Shown here: one piece after another, positions 17,271 to 27,451 of the stretch
How the letters are laid out: the number at the start of each line of letters is the position of its first letter
How positions within the stretch are numbered: position 1 is the first letter of the stretch
Origin: Eubacteriales bacterium
GTDB taxonomy: Bacteria; Bacillota; Clostridia; Oscillospirales; CAG-272
DNA: 64,000 nucleotides
Reading direction: 5' to 3'
Assembly (NCBI GenBank): GCA_045649925.1
Contig: JAZRQS010000022.1
Coordinates: 7,568-71,567, forward strand
Notes under the pieces: model-generated
Databases searched by the model: none
Told to the model about the DNA's origin: nothing
The model's input: only the letters and a program-made list of their open reading frames with translations
Translations under genes and position numbers: made by a program

Positions 17271-18566
17271 ATGATATGCAATAATATTTCCATAGGGGAT
17301 GACGGACATCTGTATTTCGCGGGACACGATACTACAGTCCTTGCAGAAAAATACGGCACGCCTCTCTACCTTTTGGACGAAGCTAAAATAAGAGAAAAAT
17401 GCCGCACCTATATACGCGCGATGAAAAACGCCTTTGGTGGCGACTCTCACCCTCTCTTTGCGAGCAAGGCGCTGTCCTGCCGCCGCATTTACGAGATAAT
17501 GCACGAGGAGGGTATGGGCACCGACATCGTTTCGTCAGGTGAGCTTTATACGGCGCGCGCAGCGAATTTCCCTCTCGAAAATGCATACTTCCACGGCAAC
17601 AACAAGACAGACGCTGACATTTCGTTTGCTATGGACTGTGCTATCGGATATTTCGTGTGCGACAACGAGGAGGAGCTTTACGCTATCGACCGTGAGGCAA
17701 AAAAACGAGGCATACGCCAGAAGATACTCCTGCGCATCACCCCAGGAATTGACCCTCACACACAGGAAAAGATAAACACAGGTCGCGTGGACTCCAAGTT
17801 TGGCGCAGCTATCGAGACGGGCGCGGCAGACGAGATAAGTTCTTTGGCACTCTCGCTTGACGGAATTGACCTTGCAGGATTTCACTGTCACATAGGCTCG
17901 CAGATATTTGAGTTTGAGCCGTTTTGTGATGCGGCGACGATAATGCTGAATTTCGTCTCGCACATAAAGGAGCGCTTTTCTTACGAGGCTCGTGAGCTCA
18001 ACCTCGGTGGTGGTATGGCGGTGAGATACCTCGACACCCACCCTGAAATTGACTATGAAGCGAACATCACGAAAATCGGCGAGATAGTAGACGAGCTTTG
18101 CAAGAAGCTCTCCCTCAAAAAGCCTACCATACTTATGGAGCCCGGCAGAAGCATTGTGGCTGATGCAGGTATGACACTCTACACAGTCGGCACTCTCAAA
18201 GAGATAAAGGGCTTTAAGACCTATGTATCCGTCGACGGAGGAATGGCAGACAACCCGAGATACACCCTCTATTCCTCTCCCTACACCGTAATGCTGGCAA
18301 ACAGGGCGCTCGACACCCCCGACTGCGTATGCGCTATCGCAGGCAGGTGCTGTGAAAGTGGCGACCTTATACAAGAAAACGTGTCGCTCCCCACACCCAA
18401 GCGCAACGATATTGTCGCAGTGCTTACGACAGGCGCGTACAACTACTCGATGTCCTCTAACTACAACCGACTTCCCCGCCCCGCACTCGTTATGCTCAAC
18501 GGCGATGACGACTATGTGGCAGTAAGACGCGAGTCCTTTGAGGACCTTGTAAGAAACGACCTTTGA
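17271..18566 (+). CDS. lysA: diaminopimelate decarboxylase
   Basis: 431 aa. PLP-dependent Orn/DAP/Arg decarboxylase pattern (FASKA, HCHIGSQ, GRCCESGD). Confidence 0.9.
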   Translation: MICNNISIGDDGHLYFAGHDTTVLAEKYGTPLYLLDEAKIREKCRTYIRAMKNAFGGDSHPLFASKALSCRRIYEIMHEEGMGTDIVSSGELYTARAANFPLENAYFHGNNKTDADISFAMDCAIGYFVCDNEEELYAIDREAKKRGIRQKILLRITPGIDPHTQEKINTGRVDSKFGAAIETGAADEISSLALSLDGIDLAGFHCHIGSQIFEFEPFCDAATIMLNFVSHIKERFSYEARELNLGGGMAVRYLDTHPEIDYEANITKIGEIVDELCKKLSLKKPTILMEPGRSIVADAGMTLYTVGTLKEIKGFKTYVSVDGGMADNPRYTLYSSPYTVMLANRALDTPDCVCAIAGRCCESGDLIQENVSLPTPKRNDIVAVLTTGAYNYSMSSNYNRLPRPALVMLNGDDDYVAVRRESFEDLVRNDL

Positions 18567-18589
18567 TATTGTTCAACTGTATAATATTG

Positions 18590-18633
18590 ATACCGAGTGG
18601 AAGTCAGGCGATATTTCCACTCGGTATTTTTAT
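18590..18633 (+). terminator. intrinsic terminator after lysA
   Basis: ATACCGAGTGGAA...TTCCACTCGGTAT followed by TTTTAT. Confidence 0.7.
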
Positions 18634-18664
18634 ATAAAAGAATAAATAATAAGGAATAGCTAAT

Positions 18665-18694
18665 AAAAAAGGGAGAGGCTTTAAAGCCTCTGCC
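18665..18694. terminator. bidirectional hairpin terminator
   Basis: A6-GGGAGAGGCTTT/AAAGCCTCTGCC-TTTT, between convergent genes. Confidence 0.6.
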
Positions 18695-18715
18695 TTTTAT
18701 GCTTTGCGGTAGCAA

Positions 18716-20215
18716 TTACTGCTCTGCTTCTACTATGTTTTCAACTATAGTGATGTTTTCTACAAGGAATTCAGATACCTTGCTGAAGAGAATCTCGCGA
18801 GCAAGATTTTCCTCGCCTATCATTTCAAGCATATCATCTGCTGTGTAGGTGTAGCCGTAGTAGTTAGAGTAGTAAGTGGCATAATACTCTGCAAGAGCCT
18901 GTACCTGCTCCGCCTTTTCGTCCTTCGTGAGAGCTATCTTCTCTTCATCTATAATGTAATAGATAACGAGATTGTAGCAAACCTCTTCCTTTGCATAGCC
19001 TTCAAGCCACTCGTTGTAATCTGTGCCCTCGGCAAGTCCGAAGAAGTCGGGAGCGAATTCCTCTGCCGTCTCATAGGGGAAGTCTGCATACTGCTGTGAA
19101 TAAGCGTCAAAGTAATACTTGAGCTCCTCGTTGTAGTAAGACATCGACTCCTCAAGAGCCGCCTGAGGATATTCCTTTATCTCTGCCTTCTCTATAAGTG
19201 TAAGGAGAAGCTTATTGAGACCTGCGTTCTTTACGTTGTATGCTCTTTCCTCTTTAAGAGACTCGAAAACATACTCACGGAATTCAGCGAGGTAAGCGTC
19301 GCCTGTAGCACCGGTTTCACTCTCAAAGCCCATGGACTTCTTTACAAGTTCCTCGGAAAGCTCGGGAATGATAGGACGAGCAAGCTCGGTAACGATAACA
19401 TGGAACTGTACCGTCTTGCCTGAAAGCTCCTCATTGTTCGGGTAGGGATCAGGGAATGTAGCGTTTACAACAACGGCATTTTCAAGAGAAGCGAATGTGA
19501 CCTTCATATCGTAGGTAACGCTTTCCTTTACTCCATCCCCGTCCATATCAACGTCTGATGTAAAGGTAAATGCTGTGCCTATAGTCTTGCCTACAATGCT
19601 TGCAACGAAAGCCTCGTCATACTTTGCAGTAGATGCAAGGTCTATTCTCTCGGAGGAAACTGTGCCCTCCTTGTCGCCGTATGCATATGTGTAGCTGACA
19701 TAAACAACGTTGTCAGCGCTCACCGTACCTGATGTAATCTTTGTAAAGGAGGTCGTGTTGGGAACAACGCCTACAAGTCCCTCTTCAAAGCCATCTATAA
19801 ATGTGCCGGAGCCGATTGTTATAGCAGAGGGCGTGGAGTCGGTCATATTTGAGCCACCCTCGAAGTCAACGCCTTCATATGAGCCTCTGAAATATACCTT
19901 TACTGTATCGCCATTTTCGATAGCAATATCGGTCTTTGTCTCGCTGTCAGCGTTCTGCTCAAGAAGGTACTCGATAAACGCCTCAACGCTTGAGTCGTCT
20001 ATTTCAGGCTCAACATCTACCTCGACAGTCGCACCTGCATAAAGGCTTCTGTCAAGTGAGATATACTTTTTAATATCGAGCTTCGCATAGTTGAATGCCT
20101 CGTCGGTGTTTGTGGTCGTGTCGTCATTTTTGGGCTCGTCCTTGTCACACGCTGTCATAGCGAGCATGGAAAATACCATCACGAGCACGAGCATAAGTGA
20201 TAAAATTTTCTTCAT
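18716..20215 (-). CDS. lipoprotein, trigger-factor-like with FKBP-type PPIase domain
   Basis: Start at internal Met 29 (MKKILSLMLVLVMVFSMLAMTAC: signal peptide plus lipobox). VDFEGG...ITIGSGTFIDGFEEGLVG matches the trigger-factor PPIase motif. The upstream extension overlaps rnhA. Confidence 0.7.
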   Translation of the reverse strand: MKKILSLMLVLVMVFSMLAMTACDKDEPKNDDTTTNTDEAFNYAKLDIKKYISLDRSLYAGATVEVDVEPEIDDSSVEAFIEYLLEQNADSETKTDIAIENGDTVKVYFRGSYEGVDFEGGSNMTDSTPSAITIGSGTFIDGFEEGLVGVVPNTTSFTKITSGTVSADNVVYVSYTYAYGDKEGTVSSERIDLASTAKYDEAFVASIVGKTIGTAFTFTSDVDMDGDGVKESVTYDMKVTFASLENAVVVNATFPDPYPNNEELSGKTVQFHVIVTELARPIIPELSEELVKKSMGFESETGATGDAYLAEFREYVFESLKEERAYNVKNAGLNKLLLTLIEKAEIKEYPQAALEESMSYYNEELKYYFDAYSQQYADFPYETAEEFAPDFFGLAEGTDYNEWLEGYAKEEVCYNLVIYYIIDEEKIALTKDEKAEQVQALAEYYATYYSNYYGYTYTADDMLEMIGEENLAREILFSKVSEFLVENITIVENIVEAEQ

Positions 20216-20228
20216 TTTGTTCTCCCCG

Positions 20229-20669
20229 TTACACCTTGAAGCTATCGGCGGCGGCAGTAGCGAGAGCGTCGCATCTCTCGTTGAACTCATGTCCTGCATG
20301 CCCCTTTACCCATTCAAATGTAACATTATGTTTTTTTATTAAAGTGAGAAGCTGTTCCCATAGGTCAGGGTTTTTCGCTTCCTCATTTTTTCCTTTTTTC
20401 CAGTTGTTTGCTCGCCACTTCTCCGCCCAGCCGAGATTTATGGCATCGACGAGATACTTGGAGTCGGAATAAAGCAACACCTCGCAGCTTTCACGAAGGG
20501 CAGATAGCCCCATAATAGCCGCCGTAAGCTCCATTCTGTTGTTCGTAGTTTCTCGCTCTCCTCCCGAAAGCTCCTTTTTTGCCGTACCGTAGGTGAGTAT
20601 AACTCCCCAGCCACCAGGGCCCGGATTGTTACGGCATGCGCCGTCGGTGTAGATGGTTACTTTTTTCAT
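20229..20669 (-). CDS. rnhA: ribonuclease HI
   Basis: Start at Met 16. [46 protein letters not shown]. Confidence 0.9.
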   Translation of the reverse strand: MKKVTIYTDGACRNNPGPGGWGVILTYGTAKKELSGGERETTNNRMELTAAIMGLSALRESCEVLLYSDSKYLVDAINLGWAEKWRANNWKKGKNEEAKNPDLWEQLLTLIKKHNVTFEWVKGHAGHEFNERCDALATAAADSFKV

Positions 20670-20755
20670 ATCAACCTTATATCGAAGAGAGGCGGATCGT
20701 GTAGATGTAAACAAAACATTACAAAGTCCGCCACTCCGTCATATTTTATTTCAGC

Positions 20756-22306
20756 TTATTCAGCATCCTCTGCTACTGCGAGATTCCAAGTAACAAGTGT
20801 GGAAGCATCGTAGCCTTCATAGAGCTTGTCAAGTATCTTTTCCTTGATAACTATCTCGGCGATATAGGTGTCGCTCGTGCTTGCAACACTTGCAGCAGCC
20901 TGATTCTTCGCTATAGCAGCTATCTCCTCTGTGGTGTAGCCCCATCCACCAAGGATGTTGTAGACGTAGTACATCTGGTTGTAATAATCGTAGTAAGCTG
21001 CCTCGAGCTCTACCTTTGCCTCGTTCTTTTCAGCCTTTGTAGCCTCGTTTACGCCAAGTGTCTTTGCTATAGTGTAGAATATGAGCTTGCGCTTTACGAA
21101 ATCCTTCGCATCAGAAGCGATAACTGCCTCCCAGTCCTCATCGCCGTAAACGTAAGCGGCGTAGTCCTCGATGGTCTTGTACGTGGACTGAATAGACTCA
21201 GCGTCTGCGCTTGCATTGTAGGAATACTCAAGGTTGTTTTTCTCTGTCTTAATGTAGGACTCTATAGTGCCTGCAGGATATACTACGTCGTAGTCAGCGC
21301 CTGAAATAGTATCCCAGATTGCCGCCTTTATAGTGTCTGCATAGTTTTCGCTCTTTCCGTCCTCACCCTTGAGAGACTCGATGTACTCAATGACGAGCTC
21401 CTTCTCTGCGCCTGCCTTGAGAGCTGCTAATGCATCCTCGCCTGCCTCGTATCCGAGAGAGTCAACGAGAGCGGCGTCTACATCTACCACATTCTCAATA
21501 ACAACATAGAAGAAGGCTTCCTTGCCTGCAAGAGATGTGTTTGAATAGTCGGTGGGGAAGGTAATGGAAATCTTCTCTGCCTTTACATCGAGCTTGCTTG
21601 TTACCTTTGCGGCAAATACTACGCGGTCGTCTGTCTTGTCGCCGTCGGCGTCAAAGGTAAGATCGAAGATGAGCTCCTTACCGATATTAGCGCCAACTAT
21701 CTTATCAATGATGTCAGCGGAGAGTACATCAGTTTCGTCAAGCTTTACGGAAAGTCCCTCATATCCCATATAGTACTTGCCCTCGCCGTATGTGCCGGCG
21801 ATGTCGAGAACGATCGTGTCGCTCTCACCTACAGTACCCTCTGTCACTGCTGTGATAGAGCTGTCGGAGGCGATCTTGCCGATGAGCGCATCCTCAAATC
21901 CTTCTACAAACATATCGGATCCGATGTAGAGCCACGTGGGCTTTTCTTCGCCGAAGTTTGTGCCACCCTCAAAGCCTGTCTCTTTGCCCTCTTCATCAAC
22001 GAGAACGCCTCTGTAGTAGATAGCGGCGATGTCGTTTTCAGCAATAGCGTCGGTCTTTGCAAGAGAAGCTATCTGCTCGTCTGTGAGAGCAGACAAGGCG
22101 GAAGAAATTTCCGTATACGCCTGCTTTGCGCTAATGCCTGTGGAGATGGTTACGGGAACATTTGTGTAATCCTTTTCCGTCAAGGTGATGTAGGCGGAAA
22201 GGTCCTCGCTTGAATAGTCAAACGACTTTTTGCCACATGACGAAAGCGAAATCGCTCCAAAAATCATCAATGTAGCAAGAACTAAACTCAATACTCTGGT
22301 CTTCAT
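20756..22306 (-). CDS. lipoprotein, trigger-factor-like with FKBP-type PPIase domain (paralogue of 18716-20215)
   Basis: MKTRVLSLVLATLMIFGAISLSSCG (lipobox). GFEGGTN...YIGSDMFVEGFEDALIG. Confidence 0.65.
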   Translation of the reverse strand: MKTRVLSLVLATLMIFGAISLSSCGKKSFDYSSEDLSAYITLTEKDYTNVPVTISTGISAKQAYTEISSALSALTDEQIASLAKTDAIAENDIAAIYYRGVLVDEEGKETGFEGGTNFGEEKPTWLYIGSDMFVEGFEDALIGKIASDSSITAVTEGTVGESDTIVLDIAGTYGEGKYYMGYEGLSVKLDETDVLSADIIDKIVGANIGKELIFDLTFDADGDKTDDRVVFAAKVTSKLDVKAEKISITFPTDYSNTSLAGKEAFFYVVIENVVDVDAALVDSLGYEAGEDALAALKAGAEKELVIEYIESLKGEDGKSENYADTIKAAIWDTISGADYDVVYPAGTIESYIKTEKNNLEYSYNASADAESIQSTYKTIEDYAAYVYGDEDWEAVIASDAKDFVKRKLIFYTIAKTLGVNEATKAEKNEAKVELEAAYYDYYNQMYYVYNILGGWGYTTEEIAAIAKNQAAASVASTSDTYIAEIVIKEKILDKLYEGYDASTLVTWNLAVAEDAE

Positions 22307-22370
22307 TGTTTTTCCTCTGTTTTATATTTATTTTGTCAAAAACAAGTTATGAAATTATAACTGACATATT

Positions 22371-22399
22371 ATTATATCATTTATACACTAAAATTGCAA
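22371..22399 (-). promoter_or_regulatory. sigma70-like promoter of lipoprotein gene
   Basis: Minus strand TTGCAA-17 nt-TATAAT. Confidence 0.5.
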
Positions 22400-22452
22400 G
22401 TTTTTTTGTCCTTCTATCCTTGCTTTTTTGTGAAGAAGGTAAAAATTATTTG

Positions 22453-24303
22453 TTAATATACGCTGTCGTAGTCGGGCGTCTCACCATTTGCGACTGCCTG
22501 TACATCACGATATATCTTTTCCACCTTTGACGAGGGGATATAGAAATATGCGCCTCCGTCAAGTGAAACCAGCACACGTCTGGGGGAATAGGGGTAGAAA
22601 TCAAAGGTGTGAACGTCGCCGTCTCGTAGCCTTACGGTCATAGTAAGAACACTGCGTTCAGGCGAGGAAATAATATCCTGCACATTCTCCTCTCCCGAAT
22701 AGTCACCTGTATAATAGGTGGAGAGGAGCGCCACATAGAGATACTTGAAATTATTTATATTCGAGAGCTTGTCGTTGAGCGTTACACGAGAAACCGACAA
22801 GTTTCCGTTTGTCTCGGCGACGGAAAGGTCAAACTTGTACTTGCCCTTTGCATCGGCATAGTTGAAGTCAAATGTGATGCTCTCCAGATGGTGAATATTT
22901 ACCGCCATCATCGTGTTGCTTATCCAGCGTGAGAATGGCCACTCTACAAATCCGATAGCCGATGCGTCAACTCTCGCAACAATGTCGAACAGGAAGCTCG
23001 CCACATAGTAGCTTCCGTCCTCTTGTTTCTCGCTTATATAGAGGTAATTCGGGACAGTCTCGCCGATGGCAATATCATCGGTATTGCCCACCGACTTTAT
23101 GGAATAGGGGGACTCGTAGTAAACCATAAACTCGTCAAGTCCGTATTTTTCTCTTACATCGCCCGTAAGTCCGACCTCGACAGTCTCAATTCCCGTCAGG
23201 CTTGCAAAGGACTCAAGTATGGTCATATATGCCGAAGCGTTAGGGATATATCCCGTCCTCTCACGAGGCGCCGTTATGGCATATATGTCAGTAGAGTTGA
23301 ACATCGGTCGCTCCGACGAATTCAAGAAGTCAAGGCACACGACCATATGGTTTACAGCGTCAACGCTCACCACATGATAGGTGACAGTCTTGCCCGCAAG
23401 AGATTTGTCCGCATACTTTTCGTCATAGGAAAGTGAAAATTCAATATCCTTATCGCCGACACGAGTGCCACGAAGCGCCGTCTTCAGCGCAAGCTTTTCA
23501 CTCGATGTAGGTGCAAGGTCAAAGCTCGTCTGGTAGGTGTCGCTCTTTACTCCGTCAATTATAGTGTAGTAGGAAACTATAATCGTATCATCAGACATTA
23601 CAAGGTCGCCTATCTCCTCGCTTCTCTGATATACTGTGAAATCCTGTGTGTAGTAATATCCATAGTTGACAAATGCCGAGGTAAGCGTGGGATTTACATA
23701 ATCCTTCGGCTTGGAGTTGGCGCACACGCCTATCGACTCGGTCTGGCTGACATAAACTGCCTCTCTGCCCGCAAGGCGCAGATAGTAGCTTCCATCTGTG
23801 ACTGTAGCGCTACCGACATACAAGGTATATACATTGCCGTCAAAGGAGGTCACCTCGACTATGGCGGGGTTATCCTCTGCACGAAGTCCAAACTCCGCAT
23901 AGGTCTGTTCCGTTATCTCGCCCTGAAAGAGCTTTTCTCTTGCATATACTGTGCCGACGGCAACCACAAGCTCGGAAATCTTTTCATCATTGTAGTCGCA
24001 TCGGGTGTAGCTTACTCCGTCGATGGAGAGCATGAAGCTCGACTGCTTGCTCTTGGGATTGTCTCGCACGAAGCTGAATTCCGTCTCGGAATTTTTTATC
24101 CTTATAGAAAGAATGTCCTCGCGCTTGAGGTTTTCATAAACAAGTCGGGTATTGTAGAGCAGGTCCTCGCCCTCGTCGACCTCGAGCGGAGGAGCCTTCG
24201 GCTCTTCTCGGTTTACAAGCGGGACTACTACGGCAAAGTAAAGCGTGAGCAATACCGCTATCGCTATAAGGATGGCTATTATCGCTTTTTTCTGTTTTCT
24301 CAT
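22453..24303 (-). CDS. DUF4340-type protein, double length, N-terminal membrane anchor
   Basis: Start at Met 14 (AAGGAG RBS, MRKQKKAIIAILIAIAVLLTLYF). Last gene of the ABC/GldG operon, which is the usual DUF4340 position. Confidence 0.65.
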   Translation of the reverse strand: MRKQKKAIIAILIAIAVLLTLYFAVVVPLVNREEPKAPPLEVDEGEDLLYNTRLVYENLKREDILSIRIKNSETEFSFVRDNPKSKQSSFMLSIDGVSYTRCDYNDEKISELVVAVGTVYAREKLFQGEITEQTYAEFGLRAEDNPAIVEVTSFDGNVYTLYVGSATVTDGSYYLRLAGREAVYVSQTESIGVCANSKPKDYVNPTLTSAFVNYGYYYTQDFTVYQRSEEIGDLVMSDDTIIVSYYTIIDGVKSDTYQTSFDLAPTSSEKLALKTALRGTRVGDKDIEFSLSYDEKYADKSLAGKTVTYHVVSVDAVNHMVVCLDFLNSSERPMFNSTDIYAITAPRERTGYIPNASAYMTILESFASLTGIETVEVGLTGDVREKYGLDEFMVYYESPYSIKSVGNTDDIAIGETVPNYLYISEKQEDGSYYVASFLFDIVARVDASAIGFVEWPFSRWISNTMMAVNIHHLESITFDFNYADAKGKYKFDLSVAETNGNLSVSRVTLNDKLSNINNFKYLYVALLSTYYTGDYSGEENVQDIISSPERSVLTMTVRLRDGDVHTFDFYPYSPRRVLVSLDGGAYFYIPSSKVEKIYRDVQAVANGETPDYDSVY

Positions 24304-24313
24304 AAGCCACTCC

Positions 24314-25921
24314 TTACAAATACTTGCGCCTTGACGTGACAACCACGCAGAGGGCAGGGATAATTATTGCAGGCACGAGGAGAATGAGCACAGTAAAGGT
24401 CATCGCATCCTCTGCCGTCATTGCCGCATAGGTCTTTACGACCTGCTGATTTTCGTAAATGTTCTTTTCCGTCTCTGACATTGCATCAGAGTCAAGTATC
24501 TTGCCGCCATAGTTTGCTGTGTTCATTGTCAATGCGCCGAGCGAGTCGGAGGCGTAGACATCGGTGCGCGAGATGGTGCGCACTATAGCAAACATCAAAT
24601 CATAGTTTGCATAGGTTCCGTTTGAAAGATACTTGGAGCTCGAAAGGCTGGTAGACGCCGCCACAAACATATAGGAATAGTAGCGGGATACCTCCTTGGT
24701 GTGCACTCTCGCCGTAACCGATGCGAGATGATAGGAGCCGTCACGGGAGGTGAGCAGGCCCTGCTCGTTGTATGTGGAGGACTCGGGGGAGGAAAGCAAT
24801 ACCGCAGAGTACATCGAGGTACGGCTACGGGAGTTTACCATTTCAGGTGTTTCCCATATTCCCTTTATATAGCCCGAATTATCAATTATGGTCTTGGGCG
24901 TGCCTGCGAGGTCGATTATATCACTGTAGAGCGAATAGCCTATCGGGTGCTCGTCGGCATTAGCATAGCTTGCCACAAGAGAGGTTCGTTCACTTTCTGC
25001 AAGCTCGCCGTCAAGGACATTAAGTGCGTCCTTTACCTGCGCATGATTTATCTCCATACCCCACTCGCACAGATACTCCTCAAGCTCAGGCAGGCAGACA
25101 AACGGGTCCGCAAACACCATCACCGAGCCAAACCTGTCAAGGTATCTGTCCACCTTTTCCATAGGTGAAGTATAGTTTACATTCATATTTCCATCAGGTG
25201 CGGAGGTATAGTCCTCTGTAGGCCCGTTGAAGATAAGCAAAACACAGTCCTCAGGTATCTCGTCTGTATCGAGGTTGATGGTCTTTACCTTCAGACCACA
25301 GTCTCGGAGCAGGTGATAGAAGTAGTAGGTGGGATGGTTTTCATCGGGGTTTTGCTCGTCATAGACAGTCTCGCCATGACCTACAGTAAAGTAGGCGGTG
25401 TATTCATCCTTTGAAGCCACCGAGAGCATAGCCGTCGCCATCTTGTACTCGCCGTTAAACGCCCAGTAGCTCTCGCCTGTGCTGTCGTAGCTCCAGAAGG
25501 ACTGCGAGCCGATTATTCTGAATCGGTCACCACAGCTGACGATGACATCGCCTCGGTTTATTTTTGTGGCAGAGGTGGTCTTATATTTCTGGACAGCGGT
25601 GGGGTTTTTGCCTATATTGACAGTTTCCACCGTCACATTGTCCATCATTTTTTCTATTTCCTTCGCCATTATATAGACGTATCTCGTGTCGTGATTTGAA
25701 AGGAGCTGGTCGACATCCATACAAAAGGTAATGGTGATGTCGCCCTCGATGTCCTTTATCTCCTCGCGCATTGTGTCGGAGAGGGTGTAAAGCCCCTCCG
25801 TCGTCATATCTATATATGTGTTCTTTTCAATTGTGAAGGCGTAGACGGATATATTCAACACGAGCAACACGAGCACCAGAGCCACCGCAACAAGCGAGGA
25901 AATTATGCTTCGTCGTGACAT
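24314..25921 (-). CDS. GldG-family ABC-transporter auxiliary protein
   Basis: N- and C-terminal TM anchors flank a large extracytoplasmic domain. Start chosen at Met 10, behind GGGAGG. Confidence 0.7.
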   Translation of the reverse strand: MSRRSIISSLVAVALVLVLLVLNISVYAFTIEKNTYIDMTTEGLYTLSDTMREEIKDIEGDITITFCMDVDQLLSNHDTRYVYIMAKEIEKMMDNVTVETVNIGKNPTAVQKYKTTSATKINRGDVIVSCGDRFRIIGSQSFWSYDSTGESYWAFNGEYKMATAMLSVASKDEYTAYFTVGHGETVYDEQNPDENHPTYYFYHLLRDCGLKVKTINLDTDEIPEDCVLLIFNGPTEDYTSAPDGNMNVNYTSPMEKVDRYLDRFGSVMVFADPFVCLPELEEYLCEWGMEINHAQVKDALNVLDGELAESERTSLVASYANADEHPIGYSLYSDIIDLAGTPKTIIDNSGYIKGIWETPEMVNSRSRTSMYSAVLLSSPESSTYNEQGLLTSRDGSYHLASVTARVHTKEVSRYYSYMFVAASTSLSSSKYLSNGTYANYDLMFAIVRTISRTDVYASDSLGALTMNTANYGGKILDSDAMSETEKNIYENQQVVKTYAAMTAEDAMTFTVLILLVPAIIIPALCVVVTSRRKYL

Positions 25922-25988
25922 TACGCCTCCCATTTGAGCTTTTCTCATTTATTTTTCCTTTCGCAAAAAGAGTTGTCGCCCGAAGGAA

Positions 25989-27440
25989 TTATCTATTCCT
26001 TCTTCTGACCAGATACGCCACGCCTGCAAGGGCGAGCAAGAGCGGGATAACTACCACGAATACAAGAGAATAAATTCTCGTCGCCGATGTGGTAAGTCCT
26101 TGGAGAAGCGTCTCTCCTACGGGCAGGGTGTGAGTGCCTATGACCGCATAGGGTGCGCCTGATTTTTCAAGCAGAGCAAGGACAAGCTCTCGGTTTGAGT
26201 ACACGCTTGAATTAAGCACATCGTTTGCAAGCAGGTATGCCCCTGACGAAAGAATTACCTTGCCCTCGTCACGCTCAGCTACTGCGAGCAGGGTGAAATC
26301 TCCCTCCTCCGACCTTAATTCGCCGTTGTAGTAGGAGTGAGCGGAGGGGTACGAGCTTATTATCTCGCTCGTCTTAACTCCGTCCTTTTCCTCTATTCTG
26401 ATAGGCGAAGCGTCCTTGAGTATGGTCTGCGACTGGTTGTAGGAGCGCACGAGAGCGCCTATTTCAGAGCCGAGCTCTGACGATGAATACTTGGCAACGA
26501 GAGTATAGCCGTCGTGGGTGATAGAATTTTCAGAGTCGGAGATTATCTCGCCTGAGGTGTTCATTCCCCACTCCGAAAGAAAGGCACGAAGCTGGGTAAG
26601 GGGGGACTTGACATACGGGTCTATGCTCACGAAAAGCACTCCGCCACCCGAAAGGAAGTCCTCGAGCACATCTGCTTCAGAGGTAATTCCGTAGCCCTCT
26701 GCCGCTCTCTCTATATCGTATATGGGATTTGCTATTATCACAATGCCTGCTCGGTCGCTGAGCTTTTCTGCAGACAGGTCGATAGTGCGCACCTCATATC
26801 CACAGGCAGTAAGCACGTTGTAAAATCCAAGCATGCCCGAAAAGCTCTCGCCATGAGTGTTTGTAAAATATGCGATGGGGTGATAGTCCGTCTGCACCCA
26901 CTTGATGCAGGACAGCATATATTCCTCGCCGTTGTAGGAATTTATACGGCTCTGCGCATCAAGATTGAAAAACGAGGAAAAGGTCTCCACTCGGAACTGA
27001 TCCCCACACACGAAAATGACAGAGGAGCTGTTTATCGTGTTTCTTATCTGTGAGCCGTCCTCCAAGGTGGTGTATTTATACTTGGACAATCTCGCCGGTT
27101 GTAAATAAAGGTTTACAGCGTCGACGGATATGAAGTCGTGCTTTTCCTGTAGCTGCTTTGCCGTCTGCCACACGAGGTCATAGACCACATCAGATGTAAG
27201 CTCGTCCTCCTCCATGCAGAAGATTATCTCGACCTCCTTCTGCTCCTCCTCGGAAAAAAGTCGGTCGGACGCCGAGCCTATAGTATGGGTGTACTCCTCT
27301 GCACGATAGAGATACCACTCGTATCTCTGCGCAAGGGCGTAGACCGAAATGTTCAGAATTGCGACGAGGCATATGAACACCGCAATAAAGGCAGTGTTGA
27401 GCTTTTTGTACTCGCCCCTCGCATTGTAGATTTTTTTCAT
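25989..27440 (-). CDS. GldG-family ABC-transporter auxiliary protein (paralogue)
   Basis: 483 aa with the same topology (TM at both ends). GAGGTG RBS. 11 nt after the permease. Confidence 0.7.
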   Translation of the reverse strand: MKKIYNARGEYKKLNTAFIAVFICLVAILNISVYALAQRYEWYLYRAEEYTHTIGSASDRLFSEEEQKEVEIIFCMEEDELTSDVVYDLVWQTAKQLQEKHDFISVDAVNLYLQPARLSKYKYTTLEDGSQIRNTINSSSVIFVCGDQFRVETFSSFFNLDAQSRINSYNGEEYMLSCIKWVQTDYHPIAYFTNTHGESFSGMLGFYNVLTACGYEVRTIDLSAEKLSDRAGIVIIANPIYDIERAAEGYGITSEADVLEDFLSGGGVLFVSIDPYVKSPLTQLRAFLSEWGMNTSGEIISDSENSITHDGYTLVAKYSSSELGSEIGALVRSYNQSQTILKDASPIRIEEKDGVKTSEIISSYPSAHSYYNGELRSEEGDFTLLAVAERDEGKVILSSGAYLLANDVLNSSVYSNRELVLALLEKSGAPYAVIGTHTLPVGETLLQGLTTSATRIYSLVFVVVIPLLLALAGVAYLVRRRNR

Positions 27441-27451
27441 CTGCGCACCTC

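Noticed and set aside
20216-20299. 28-aa extension of the lipoprotein ORF overlapping the rnhA 3' end
   Set aside because: The internal Met starts a textbook signal peptide and lipobox. The extension is just the alternative frame of rnhA.
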